Shown here one piece after another: positions 30,640 through 40,242 of a stretch of 64,000 bases of DNA. Each line of letters starts with the position of its first letter. The stretch's first letter is position 1. The notes under the pieces were generated by a model. The model worked only from the letters and a program-made list of their open reading frames with translations. It was not told where the DNA came from and did no database searches. A program made the translations under genes and the position numbers. Source of the DNA: an uncultured Gammaproteobacteria bacterium (GTDB lineage Bacteria; Pseudomonadota; Gammaproteobacteria; JACCXJ01); the NCBI GenBank assembly GCA_963764725.1, contig CAVXTM010000016.1:384001-448000 (forward strand). Reading direction: 5' to 3'.

Positions 30640-30766
30640 CCGCTGAGAGAGGCTGATGGGGACCCCCGAAGATTAGACATCCTGCGCAAGGACAACCGCG
30701 TTTGACAACTCGCTAGGTCATCAGTACCCTTTTCTTTCAAGGCGAAAAAGGGCGTTTGTTCTTCCT
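30640..30766 (+). mobile_element. IS91/ISCR-type oriIS-end remnant with outward promoter
   Basis: TTGACA(30702)-N17-TACCCT followed by AAAAAGGGCGTTTGTTCTTCCT, resembling the ISCR end GCGTTTGAACTTCCTATAC. Similar to 54063-54160(-). Confidence 0.55.
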
Positions 30767-30863
30767 TCGTAGGGCGGCCCTAGCCCAACCAAATGCCGGA
30801 CGGACTTTTTTGCCAAATGCTAAAGACGTCACGGGAAAAAAATCAATACCCATACCCCACCCC

Positions 30864-31533
30864 ATGACGCGCCGGAACCTCGATCTCTACGCAGCCCTCG
30901 CGCGCCAGTTATGCGCCGACTCGATCCGCTGCTCGACGGCCGCGGGCTCCGGCCATCCGACGTCATCGCTGTCGGCCGCCGATCTGATGGCCGTCCTCCT
31001 CGCCGGCCATCTCCGCTATGACTGGGCGAAGCCGAAAGACCCCGCGAACGATCACCTGATCTTCAGCAAGGGCCACGCATCGCCGCTGAACTATGCGCTT
31101 CTCCGCGCGGCCGGTGCCATCACCGACGCCGAGCTCATGACGTTCCGCAAGCTCGGGAGCCGCCTCGAAGGCCATCCGACGCCGGTCCTCCCATGGATCG
31201 ACGTCGCCACGGGCGACGATCAGGGCTCGCGTCATCGACGCCTATTCAGTGAAGCCGATCGATACCGGCGCCCTCCTGGACGCGGTGCGAGCCACCGGGG
31301 GACGACTCTGCGTCGTGGAGGACCACTGGGCCGAGGGTGGGCTCGGCGACGCGGTGCTGGCCGCGCTAGCGCAGGCCGGTGTCGCGGGTGAGATCGTGGG
31401 CTTCCGCCATCTCGCGGTGCGGGTCATGCCAGGATCGGGCAAACCCGCCGAGCTGCTCGAGGCGGCGGGGATCTCGGCGAAGCACATCGCCGACGCAGTG
31501 AAGGAGCTCGCCGGCTCCGGGCGCGGTCGATGA
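30864..31533 (+). pseudogene. tkt: Transketolase with large internal deletion (N- and C-terminal stubs)
   Basis: SGHPTSSLS, SKGHA, LEGHPTP..DVATG, then jumps at ~31215 to SVKPID..VEDH..GGLG..MPGSG. Confidence 0.85.
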
Positions 31534-32201
31534 GCGCGATTGCCCTGGCGCCATCGATCCTCTCCGCCGACTTCGCGCGCCTCGGCGAACAGGTCGCCGA
31601 GGTCGAAGCGGCGGGCGCCGACCGGATCCACGTCGACGTGATGGACGGGCACTTCGTCCCCAACATCACGATCGGGCCTCTCGTGATCCGCGCACTCCGG
31701 CGGGTCACCCGGCTGCCGCTGGAGGCGCACCTCATGATCACGGAGCCCGATCGTTACCTCGAAGCGTTCGCCGAGGCCGGGGCCGACGGGCTCACCGTGC
31801 ACGTGGAAGGAGCCATCCATCTCCACCGCACGCTCGAGTCGATCGTGAAGCTCGGCAGGCGCGTGGGCCTCGCGCTCAACCCCGCCACGCCCGCCGCGGT
31901 GCTGGACGAGGTGCTGTCCGAGCTTGACCTCGTCCTGGTGATGACGGTGGATCCGGGGTTCGGTGGACAGGACTTCATCGCCAGCATCGTTCCCAAGATC
32001 CGTCGCATCCGTGAGCTCATCGACCGCGTCCGGCCCGCGTGCGAGCTCGAGGTGGACGGCGGCATCCACCCCGCGACGGTGCCCCTAGTGGTCGAGGCGG
32101 GGGCGCGAGTGCTGGTGGCTGGCTCCGCCGTCTTCGAGGATCCCGCCGGCGTCCGAGCCGCGATGCAACGCCTCCGGAGGTGCGCATGCAAGTCAGCATG
32201 A
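31530..32201 (+). CDS. rpe: Ribulose-phosphate 3-epimerase
   Basis: APSILSADF, HVDVMDGHFVPN, HLMI, MTVDPGFGGQ, EVDGG, VAGSA. Confidence 0.95.
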   Translation: MSAIALAPSILSADFARLGEQVAEVEAAGADRIHVDVMDGHFVPNITIGPLVIRALRRVTRLPLEAHLMITEPDRYLEAFAEAGADGLTVHVEGAIHLHRTLESIVKLGRRVGLALNPATPAAVLDEVLSELDLVLVMTVDPGFGGQDFIASIVPKIRRIRELIDRVRPACELEVDGGIHPATVPLVVEAGARVLVAGSAVFEDPAGVRAAMQRLRRCACKSA

Positions 32202-32330
32202 TCGGTTTCGGGCGCATGGGCGCCAACATGGTGCGGCGCTTCATGCGCAGCGGTCACCAGTGCGTACTGCACGATGTCTCGAAGGACGCGGTGCAAGCGC
32301 TCGCCCGGGAAGGCGCCGAGGGCGCCAGAA
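32186..32330 (+). pseudogene. gnd: 6-phosphogluconate dehydrogenase 5' stub
   Basis: [24 protein letters not shown], paralogous to the gene at 58806, then diverges. Confidence 0.8.
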
Positions 32331-32447
32331 TCGAAACCGTCGTTCATCGAGTCCCGAACACGCTCTGCCGGGCCGGGCGCAGAAGCGCCGGCACCATGTT
32401 TTGGAGTAACATGCGGGGAGCGCATCACGCGCCGCGGAGGGTCCCCA

Positions 32448-32861
32448 ATGCTTGTCCACATCAAGGCGTTCGTCGCCGGTTTCGTGTCCACCTTGCTGTT
32501 CCACCAGGGCCTGCTGCAGCTATTGTACGTGGGCGGTGCATACCCGCGCGCCGCATGGAACCTGGCACCGGTGCCACCGCTCGGCGTGCCGGCAGTGATT
32601 TCGCTGGGGTTCTGGGGTGGTCTCTGGGGAGTCGTCCTGTGGCTGATCGTGCGCAAGCATGCCGGCGCCCAGCGTTGGGGCTGGGCGGCGCTGTGGGGCG
32701 CGCTTCTGCCGAGCGCGGTGGCGTTGTTCTTGGTGATGCCGTTGAAGGGAATGCCGGTGGCGGGCGGCTTCGACCCCAAGCTGATCGTCGGTGCGTTGCT
32801 GCTCAACGGCGTCTGGGGTCTGGGCGTGGCGCTGCTCATGCGGGTGACCGGCCAGCGCTAA
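32448..32861 (+). CDS. Small integral membrane hypothetical protein
   Basis: GFVSTLLFHQG, PPLGVP...FWGGLWG, LNGVWGLG; about 4 hydrophobic segments. Confidence 0.75.
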   Translation: MLVHIKAFVAGFVSTLLFHQGLLQLLYVGGAYPRAAWNLAPVPPLGVPAVISLGFWGGLWGVVLWLIVRKHAGAQRWGWAALWGALLPSAVALFLVMPLKGMPVAGGFDPKLIVGALLLNGVWGLGVALLMRVTGQR

Positions 32862-33597
32862 GGCGCTCCCTCGCGTGGCGCCGGCCGCCAACCTTCGGTA
32901 CTAACATCGATCGCAACAATGGCCCGGAGAGTCGCCGACACAGCACGATGAACTCCTGGAACACACCGCGGATCGCCTAGCCATTGTCCTAGCGGAAATC
33001 TTAGAAGTCCGGGATCAATCGGCCCGTTAGCCGCAGTAGCTCGACGTTGCGTCGCGTTTCTCGCTCAAGAGCGTAGTAGCGACCGTAGGCGTAGGACTGA
33101 CAAGTTGATATATGCACAGATCCCGCTAGCGCTTGATTCTTTCAAGATTAGGATTTATTTCGTTCAACGACACCGGTGGTTGCCTGCCTTACGAATGCGC
33201 GACAGACTGGAGATCTACCGTGGGATTTGCCAAGCACGGTGAGTATGTGGCCAAGCATACGAGTTAGCGGGAGGCGTTCGGGCAGCTCATCCAAGGCCGA
33301 GGGGAGACGATGCTCTTCCCGCTCCTGCAGGCGGGGAGTCCAGGAGCCGCGAAGCGCTCGCTAAATGTTGATGCTCACTGTGACTTCGGCTATTCAAATA
33401 AACTGAGAGAACCAGATCGCGCTTCCGTTCTCACCGACGACGGGCGTGACGCCGTAGCAATATGGCCTAGCCCCGCGATGCCAGGTATAGTGCGTCCATC
33501 GCTGGTCACGCACTGCCACCGTGTCTTACAGAAAACGAACTGACAAAGACTTGCGGACCACGCCTGGTTTAGCCGTACAGTCACTAGGAGGAAAGAG

Positions 33598-33984
33598 ATG
33601 AATCGAAAGGTTTATGCTTGGAGCTTGGTGCTCGCAGCGTTGGCCCTTCTGATGGGAGGCTGTGCGGCGATGCGGCAGGACGAGGCGAAGAAGACAGACG
33701 ATCTGCTCGCCGCGGCGGGATTCAAGGTGCGGCCGGCCGACACCCCTGAAAAGCTCGCTCATCTCAAGGCCATGCAGCCGCTCAAGCTGTCGATGCGGAC
33801 GAAGGACGGCCGGGTTATCTACAGCTATGCCGATCCCTATGACTGCCAATGTGTCTATGTCGGTGGGCCTGAAGAGTACCAACGCCTTGCCCGGCAACAG
33901 GTGGCAGCTGAGAGGCTATACGCTGCAGAGATGGCGAACGATGAGGCGACGGACTGGGGCATGTGGGGGCCGTACTGGTGGTAA
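33598..33984 (+). CDS. Hypothetical lipoprotein
   Basis: RBS AGGAGG, lipobox MGGC, LAAAGF, YADP..C.C.YVG. Confidence 0.75.
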   Translation: MNRKVYAWSLVLAALALLMGGCAAMRQDEAKKTDDLLAAAGFKVRPADTPEKLAHLKAMQPLKLSMRTKDGRVIYSYADPYDCQCVYVGGPEEYQRLARQQVAAERLYAAEMANDEATDWGMWGPYWW

Positions 33985-34076
33985 AACGCCGTTCCTCCGT
34001 CGAAACCACCAGCGCCGGTCGTTCAGTCTTTCGTGCCATCGTCGCCCTCCCAGACCCTTGACAAGCCTGGGAACAT

Positions 34077-35339
34077 ATGAGGACACTGCCACCTTCACAC
34101 GTAAATACTTTACTGAATCGCTATACTAGCGTTGCCCGCCCGCGACAGGGGGGGGCCGGACGCATCGCACCCGCGACGGACACTCCGCCTCGCTTCCGCG
34201 CCGATCTCGCCCTGCTCGCGTGCGCGGTGCTCTGGGCGTGCGAGCCATCGAAGCCGCCCGATCCGCCGCCGCCCGAGGTGCTCGTCGTCGAGGTCGCGGC
34301 GCGCGACGTTCCGTTGGTCTCCGAGTGGCTCGGGACCACCGAAGGATTCGTCGATGCCTCCGTTCGCGCGCAGGTGGCGGGCTACCTGATCGCGCGCGAC
34401 TACCAGGAAGGCCAGCTCGTCAGAAAGGGTGACCTGCTGTTTCGCATCGACCCGCGTCCGTTCCAGGCGGCGCTCGATCAGGCGCAGGGACAACTCGCCA
34501 GCGCGCGCGCGACCCTCGAGCGCGAGCATCTCGACGTCGTCCGCTACACGCCGCTCGTCAAGCAGGGCGCCGTCAGCCAGCAGGAGTACGACAACGCGGT
34601 CCAGAACGAGCGCGGCGCGCAGGCGTCGGTGCAGGCGGCGCAGGCCGCGGTCGAGACGGCGAAGATCAATCTGGGTTTCACGGACATCCGCTCGCCCGTC
34701 GACGGCATCGTCGGCGTCGCGCAGGCGCAGCTCGGCGATTTCGTGGGGCCGAGCAATACCGAGCCGCTGACGGCGGTCTCGCAGCTCGACCCGATCCGCG
34801 TGTCCTTCCCGGTGAGCGAGCAGGAATACCTGCACTTCGCGCCGCGCATCCAGGAGGCGCTCCGCGTCGGCCATTTCCGCGAGGGCTCGCTCGAGCTGAT
34901 CCTCGCGGACGGCAACGTCTACCCGCACCGCGGCACCGGCTACCCGGCCGGCCTCGGCGTCGATCCGCGCACCGGCACGATCACGGTGAAGGGCAGGTTC
35001 CCGAATCCGGGATACCTGCTGCGGCCCGGCCAGTACGCGCGCGTGCGCGTCGAGACCGACGTGCGCAAGGGCGCGCTGGTCGTCCCGCAGCGCGCGGTGA
35101 TCGACCTGCAGGGCCGTAAGCAGCTCGCCGTGGTCGGTCCCGACGACAAGGTGGAGGTGCGCAGCGTCGAGCTCGGGCCGACCTCGACTGGCGTCGTCGT
35201 CATCGAAAAGGGCGTGGCCGCGGGCGAGCGCGTGATCGTGGAAGGCACCCAGAAGGTGCAGCCGGGAATGGTCGTCGCGCCCAAGCCGGCGCCGCCCGAG
35301 CCCGCGCCGCCGCCTCCTTCGACCGACGCCGGGACGTAG
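34077..35339 (+). CDS. RND efflux membrane fusion protein (start uncertain)
   Basis: VRAQVAGYL, GDLLFRIDPRPF, IRSPVDG, VDPRTGT, FPNP...LRPG. Confidence 0.92.
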   Translation: MRTLPPSHVNTLLNRYTSVARPRQGGAGRIAPATDTPPRFRADLALLACAVLWACEPSKPPDPPPPEVLVVEVAARDVPLVSEWLGTTEGFVDASVRAQVAGYLIARDYQEGQLVRKGDLLFRIDPRPFQAALDQAQGQLASARATLEREHLDVVRYTPLVKQGAVSQQEYDNAVQNERGAQASVQAAQAAVETAKINLGFTDIRSPVDGIVGVAQAQLGDFVGPSNTEPLTAVSQLDPIRVSFPVSEQEYLHFAPRIQEALRVGHFREGSLELILADGNVYPHRGTGYPAGLGVDPRTGTITVKGRFPNPGYLLRPGQYARVRVETDVRKGALVVPQRAVIDLQGRKQLAVVGPDDKVEVRSVELGPTSTGVVVIEKGVAAGERVIVEGTQKVQPGMVVAPKPAPPEPAPPPPSTDAGT

Positions 35340-35342
35340 CCG

Positions 35343-38300
35343 ATGTCCGCTTTCTTCATCCGCCGGCCGATCGTGGCGATCGTGATCGCGATCTTGATGA
35401 CGCTGATCGGCGCGGTGTCGCTCGTGCAGCTCCCGATCGCGCTCTTTCCCAACATTGCGCCGCCTTCGATCCAGCTGCTCGCGACCTACGTCGGTGCCGA
35501 CGCCCTCACTGTCGAACAGGCGGTGGCGACGCCGATCGAGCAGCAGATCAGCGGGGTCGACGACTCGATCTATTTCTACTCGGTGAACTCGAACGCGGGG
35601 GTGAGCCGGATGTTCGTCAATTTCGACGTGGCCAGCGACCCCAGCATCGACCAGGTCCTGACCCAGATGCGCTACCTGCAGGCCGAGTCGCAGCTGCCGC
35701 CGGAGGTCCGCAACTACGGTGTCACGATCCGCAAGGCCACCACGAGCCCGCTCGCGCTCTTCTCGGTCTACTCGCCGAAGGGGAGCTTCGACTCCACGTT
35801 CCTGGCCAACTACGCCTACATCAACATCAACGACCCGATGACCCGCGTGCCGGGCATCGGCCAGGTGGCGATCTTCGGCGCCGGTCAGTACGCGATGCGC
35901 CTCTGGGTGCGGCCGGACGTGCTGGCCCAGCGCGGCATCACCGTCCCCGAGATCATCAGCGCGATCGAGCAGCAGAACACGGTGAATCCGGCGGGCCAGG
36001 TCGGCGGTGAGCCGGTGCCGGCCGGGCAGGAGTTCACGCACACCGTCCGCACCCAGGGCCGGCTGGTCAGCGAGGAGCAGTTCGGGGACATCGTGGTGCG
36101 GGCGACGGCCGACGGCTCCGTGATCCGCGTGCGCGACGTCGCGCGCGTCGAGCTCGGCGCGCAGAGCTACAACCTGAAGGGCCGCATGAACGGTCAGGAC
36201 TCGGCAATCGTCGCCGTGTACCAGCTCCCCGGCTCGAACGCGATCGACACCGTCAACCGGGCGAAGGCGCTGATGGAGCAGCTGAAGCAGCGCTTCCCCG
36301 CCGATCTCGACTACGCGGTATCGCTCGATACGACGCTCGCGGTGAGAGAGGGCATCCGCGAGATCGTGAAGACCCTGCTCGAGGCGCTCGGCCTCGTGAT
36401 CATCGTGGTCTTCCTGTTCCTGCAGACCTGGCGCGCCACGCTGATCCCGCTGCTCGCCGTGCCCGTCTCACTGGTCGGAACGTTCGCGATTTTCCCCTTG
36501 CTCGGATTCTCGGTCAACACGCTCTCGCTCTTTGGCCTGGTGCTCGCTATCGGCCTGGTGGTCGACGACGCCATCGTCGTGGTGGAGGCCGTCGAGCGCC
36601 ACATCGAGGAAGGACTCTCGCCGCGCGATGCCACGCTGAAGGCGATGTCGGAGGTGTCGGCCCCGGTGATCGCGATCGCGCTGATCCTGGCCGCCGTCTT
36701 CATCCCCACGGCTTTCATCCCGGGCATCACGGGCCGCCTCTACCAGCAATTCGCGGTGACGATCGCGGTCTCGGTGGTGATCTCCGCCTTCAACGCGCTC
36801 ACGCTCTCGCCCGCCCTCGCGGCGCTGCTGCTGCGGCCCCGCACGGCGGCGCGTGGGCCGCTCGGGCGCTTCTTCGGCTGGTTCAACCGGGTCTTCGGCC
36901 GGGCCACCGAGGGCTACGTGAACTGGTGCCACGTCCTGATCCGCAAGTCTGCGCGGGCGATGCTGATGCTCGCGGTGCTGGCGGTGCTGGCGGTGCTGGC
37001 GGGCTCGCGGCTCCCGGGCGGCTTCCTGCCCGAGGAGGACCAGGGCTACCTGTACCTGAACGTCCAGCTTCCCAACGCGGCCTCGCTGCAGCGCACCGAC
37101 GCGGTCTGCCGCCAGATCGAGCAGATCCTGAAGGACACGCCGGGCGTCGAGACCACGACCACGGTCGTGGGCTTCAGCCTGCTCAGCACGGTGTACACCA
37201 CGTACAACGCGTTCTTCTTCGTGACTCTCAAGCCATGGGAGGAGCGCACGGATCCCGACGAGCAGTACGCGGCGATCAAGGCGCACATCGGCCAGCAGCT
37301 CGGGCGGCTGCCGGAGGCGGTCGCGTTCCCGTTCGCGCCGCCATCGATCCCGGGCGTCGGCACGGCCGGCGGCGTGACCTTCATGCTGCAGGACCGTTCC
37401 GGAGGGAGCGTGGAGTTCCTGGCCGAGAACACGCAGCGCTTCATGGAGGCGATCCGGCGGCGCCCCGAGGTGGGCACGGTCAACACCACGCTGCTCGCGA
37501 GCATTCCGCAGGTGCTGGCCGACGTGGACCGCGACAAGGTGCTGAAGCAGGGCGTGGCGCTAGAGGACGTCTACCAGACGCTCCAGGCCTTCATGGGCGG
37601 CGTCTTCATCAACTACTTCAACCGCTTCGGCCGCACCTGGCAGGTGTACGTCGAGGCCGAGGGCGAGTTCCGCACGCGCGCCGAGAACATGGGGCGGTTC
37701 TACGTCTGGAACCAGGAGCACGAGCCGGTGCCGCTCTCGGCGGTGGTCACGACGAGGGAGACCTTCGGACCCGAGTTCACCATCCGCTTCAACGAGTATC
37801 GCTCGGCGCAGATCAACGCGTCGGCGAACCCCGGCTACAGCTCGGCGCAGGTCATGGCGGCGCTCGAGGAGGTCTTCGCGGCCACCATGCCGAAGGAGAT
37901 GGGGTACGAGTACAACGGCATGTCCTTCCAGGAGAAGGTCGCGCAGGAAGGCGTGCCTCCCAGCGTGATCTTCGGGCTCTCGCTGCTCGTGGTGTTCCTG
38001 ATCCTAGCCGCGCAGTACGAGAGCTGGTCGCTGCCGTTCAGCGTGCTGCTCGGCGTGCCGATCGCGGTGTTCGGCGCCTTCGCGGCGCTGCTGCTGCGGG
38101 GGCTCGAGAACGACACCTTCGCGCAGATCGGGCTCGTCATGCTGATCGGGCTCTCGGCCAAGAATGCGATCCTGATCGTCGAGTTCTGCAAGCTCGAATA
38201 CGAGCGCGGCAAGAGCCTCGTGGACGCCGCGCTGGCGGGTGCGCGGCTGCGGCTTCGCCCGATCCTGATGACCGCCTTCGCCTTCATCCTCGGCGTCGTG

Positions 38301-38510
38301 CCGCTCGTGCTCGCGACCGGCTCGGGGGCACAGTCGCGCCGCATCATGGGCACGGCCGTGTTCGGCGGCATGCTCGCCGCCTCGCTGATCGCGATCTTCC
38401 TGATCCCGGTCTCGTTCTACGTCGTCGAGCGGCTGTCGCGCCGCGGGCGCGAGCAGCCGCCGCCACCCCCGGCCGCCGCGCCGGCACCGGTCGCCGGAGG
38501 CAAGGAGTGA
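35343..38510 (+). CDS. HAE1 family RND efflux permease (AcrB/BepE-like)
   Basis: FFIRRPI, GLVVDDAIVVVE, AAQYES, AKNAILIVEF, RLRPILMT; 1055 aa. Confidence 0.96.
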   Translation: MSAFFIRRPIVAIVIAILMTLIGAVSLVQLPIALFPNIAPPSIQLLATYVGADALTVEQAVATPIEQQISGVDDSIYFYSVNSNAGVSRMFVNFDVASDPSIDQVLTQMRYLQAESQLPPEVRNYGVTIRKATTSPLALFSVYSPKGSFDSTFLANYAYININDPMTRVPGIGQVAIFGAGQYAMRLWVRPDVLAQRGITVPEIISAIEQQNTVNPAGQVGGEPVPAGQEFTHTVRTQGRLVSEEQFGDIVVRATADGSVIRVRDVARVELGAQSYNLKGRMNGQDSAIVAVYQLPGSNAIDTVNRAKALMEQLKQRFPADLDYAVSLDTTLAVREGIREIVKTLLEALGLVIIVVFLFLQTWRATLIPLLAVPVSLVGTFAIFPLLGFSVNTLSLFGLVLAIGLVVDDAIVVVEAVERHIEEGLSPRDATLKAMSEVSAPVIAIALILAAVFIPTAFIPGITGRLYQQFAVTIAVSVVISAFNALTLSPALAALLLRPRTAARGPLGRFFGWFNRVFGRATEGYVNWCHVLIRKSARAMLMLAVLAVLAVLAGSRLPGGFLPEEDQGYLYLNVQLPNAASLQRTDAVCRQIEQILKDTPGVETTTTVVGFSLLSTVYTTYNAFFFVTLKPWEERTDPDEQYAAIKAHIGQQLGRLPEAVAFPFAPPSIPGVGTAGGVTFMLQDRSGGSVEFLAENTQRFMEAIRRRPEVGTVNTTLLASIPQVLADVDRDKVLKQGVALEDVYQTLQAFMGGVFINYFNRFGRTWQVYVEAEGEFRTRAENMGRFYVWNQEHEPVPLSAVVTTRETFGPEFTIRFNEYRSAQINASANPGYSSAQVMAALEEVFAATMPKEMGYEYNGMSFQEKVAQEGVPPSVIFGLSLLVVFLILAAQYESWSLPFSVLLGVPIAVFGAFAALLLRGLENDTFAQIGLVMLIGLSAKNAILIVEFCKLEYERGKSLVDAALAGARLRLRPILMTAFAFILGVVPLVLATGSGAQSRRIMGTAVFGGMLAASLIAIFLIPVSFYVVERLSRRGREQPPPPPAAAPAPVAGGKE

Positions 38511-39931
38511 GTCCGGGGCGGGCCGCTTCGGCGGCGCTCGTCATCTCGGCGCTCGGGTGTGCGGTCGGGCCGGATTACCGACGCCCGGAGCTCCCGACGC
38601 CGCCGAGCTTTCGCGAGACCGCGGAAGAGCAGGCGTCGATCGCGGACCTGCCCTGGTGGGAGGTCTTCCACGACGACGTGCTGCAGGAGTTGATCCGCGG
38701 CGCGCTCGCGAGCAACCGCGACCTCATGACCGCGGTCGCGAACGTCGAGCAGGCGCGCGACGCCGCCGCGGTCCAGCGCGGCCAGCTCTTCCCGCAGGCG
38801 GGCTACGAAGGCAATGTCGCCCGGGGCAAGAACATCATCCTGGGCACGCCTGCGGCGGTTCCGGATCCCGAGAACGTGTTCTTCGGCGCGCTCAACGCCG
38901 CCTGGGAGATAGACATCTGGGGCCGCATCCGCCGCGCGACCGAGTCCGCGCGCGCCCAGATGCTCGCGAGCGACGCGGTGCGGCGCGGCGTCGTGCTCTC
39001 GCTCGTGACCGGCGTCGCGCAGGCGTACCTCGAGCTGCGCGAGCTCGACCTCGAGCTCGAGATCTCGAACCGCAACGTGCAGTCGTTCCAGGAGACCTAC
39101 GAGCTCTTCGAGCGGCAGTACCGGGGCGGCGTCGCCTCGATCCTCGACCCGCTGCGCGGCGAGGCCGCACTCGCCCAGGTCGCCTCCACGGTGGCGGACA
39201 CCGAGCTGCGCATCCTGGTGAAGGAGAACGCGCTCTCGGTGCTGCTCGGCCGTCCGGCGGGCGAGATCCCGCGCGGCGCGGCGCTCGTCGACCAGTCGCT
39301 GCCGCCCGACGCGCCGGCCGGCGTGCCCTCGCTGCTGCTCGAGCGGCGCCCCGACCTGATCGAGGCCGAGCAGACCCTGATCGCCGCCAACGCACAGATC
39401 GGCGTGGCCTTCGCCCAGTTCTTCCCGCAGATCGGGCTCACGGCGCTGCGCGGCGCCCTGAGCCCCGAGCTATCGGATTTCCTGAAGCCTGGCGCCGCCG
39501 CGTGGTCGTACGGCGCCCAGCTCACCGGACCGCTCTGGACTTGGGGGCAGACCTGGTACGCGTGGGAGGCCGCCAAGGCCGCCGATCAGGCCTCGATCTA
39601 CGAGTACCAGCAGTCGGTGCTCGTGGCGCTTGCAGACGTCTCGAACGCGCTCACCGCACGCCAGAAGGTCGCGCTCCAGCGCGAGCAACTCCAGCGGCAG
39701 GTGAACGCCCTGACCGAGTCGGTGCGCGTCGCGAAGATCCGCTACCTCGGCGGGCTCGTGACCTACCTCGAGGTGCTGAACGCACAGCAGCAGCTCTTCC
39801 CCGCCGAGCTCGCGCTCGCGCAGGCGCAGCTCGACGAGCGGCTGGCGGTCGTGGCGCTCTACCGAGCGCTCGGCGGGGGCTGGAACCAATACGAGGGGCC
39901 GCCCCAGATTCCGCGGCCGTTCGTACCGTGA
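38507..39931 (+). CDS. NodT/OprM family outer membrane efflux lipoprotein
   Basis: GTG overlaps the permease stop; LGCAVGPDYRRP, WEIDIWG, LLERRPD, LYRALGGGW. Confidence 0.92.
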   Translation: MSPGRAASAALVISALGCAVGPDYRRPELPTPPSFRETAEEQASIADLPWWEVFHDDVLQELIRGALASNRDLMTAVANVEQARDAAAVQRGQLFPQAGYEGNVARGKNIILGTPAAVPDPENVFFGALNAAWEIDIWGRIRRATESARAQMLASDAVRRGVVLSLVTGVAQAYLELRELDLELEISNRNVQSFQETYELFERQYRGGVASILDPLRGEAALAQVASTVADTELRILVKENALSVLLGRPAGEIPRGAALVDQSLPPDAPAGVPSLLLERRPDLIEAEQTLIAANAQIGVAFAQFFPQIGLTALRGALSPELSDFLKPGAAAWSYGAQLTGPLWTWGQTWYAWEAAKAADQASIYEYQQSVLVALADVSNALTARQKVALQREQLQRQVNALTESVRVAKIRYLGGLVTYLEVLNAQQQLFPAELALAQAQLDERLAVVALYRALGGGWNQYEGPPQIPRPFVP

Positions 39932-39984
39932 GAGCGATGTCGAGGTCTGGATGGCCTGTTTTGCGTCCGGAGCGCAGGCAAGTT

Positions 39985-40090
39985 TTCGCCTCAGTTCCGC
40001 CGCCACCGCACGAACGCCTCCGGGTCGTGCAAGCCTGATCGAGGTCGTGAGCAGGTGAGCGATCAGGACAAATAGCTCCTTCATGGCCAC
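39985..40090 (-). mobile_element. 5' stub of an integrase-core-domain transposase
   Basis: MKELFVLIAHLLTTSIRLARPGGVRAVAAE resembles the N-terminus of this transposase family. Confidence 0.5.
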
Positions 40091-40242
40091 CTACACTACC
40101 ACTCAGTAACCCGCTTGCAAGACTGCACGTGAGGGATGACTTATGGCACTATCAGCAATTCGCCTATTACAGGGTGCCAGGGCGCTTTCCGGATCATGGT
40201 CGGTCAGATAGGTCATCCCCTGCTGCTCAGTACCGTCGGAAT

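Noticed and set aside
32862-33597. Possible ncRNA or small genes in a long intergenic stretch
   Set aside because: No recognisable RNA motif, repeat or credible protein could be supported by eye.
34110-36041. Long antisense ORFs (also 8865-10022, 45802-47301 and others)
   Set aside because: Stop-poor shadows of GC-rich genes with no recognisable motifs.
36926-38506. 1001 aa ORF as one protein
   Set aside because: The first ~527 aa are an off-frame shadow of the GC-rich permease; only 38507-39931 is the OMF.
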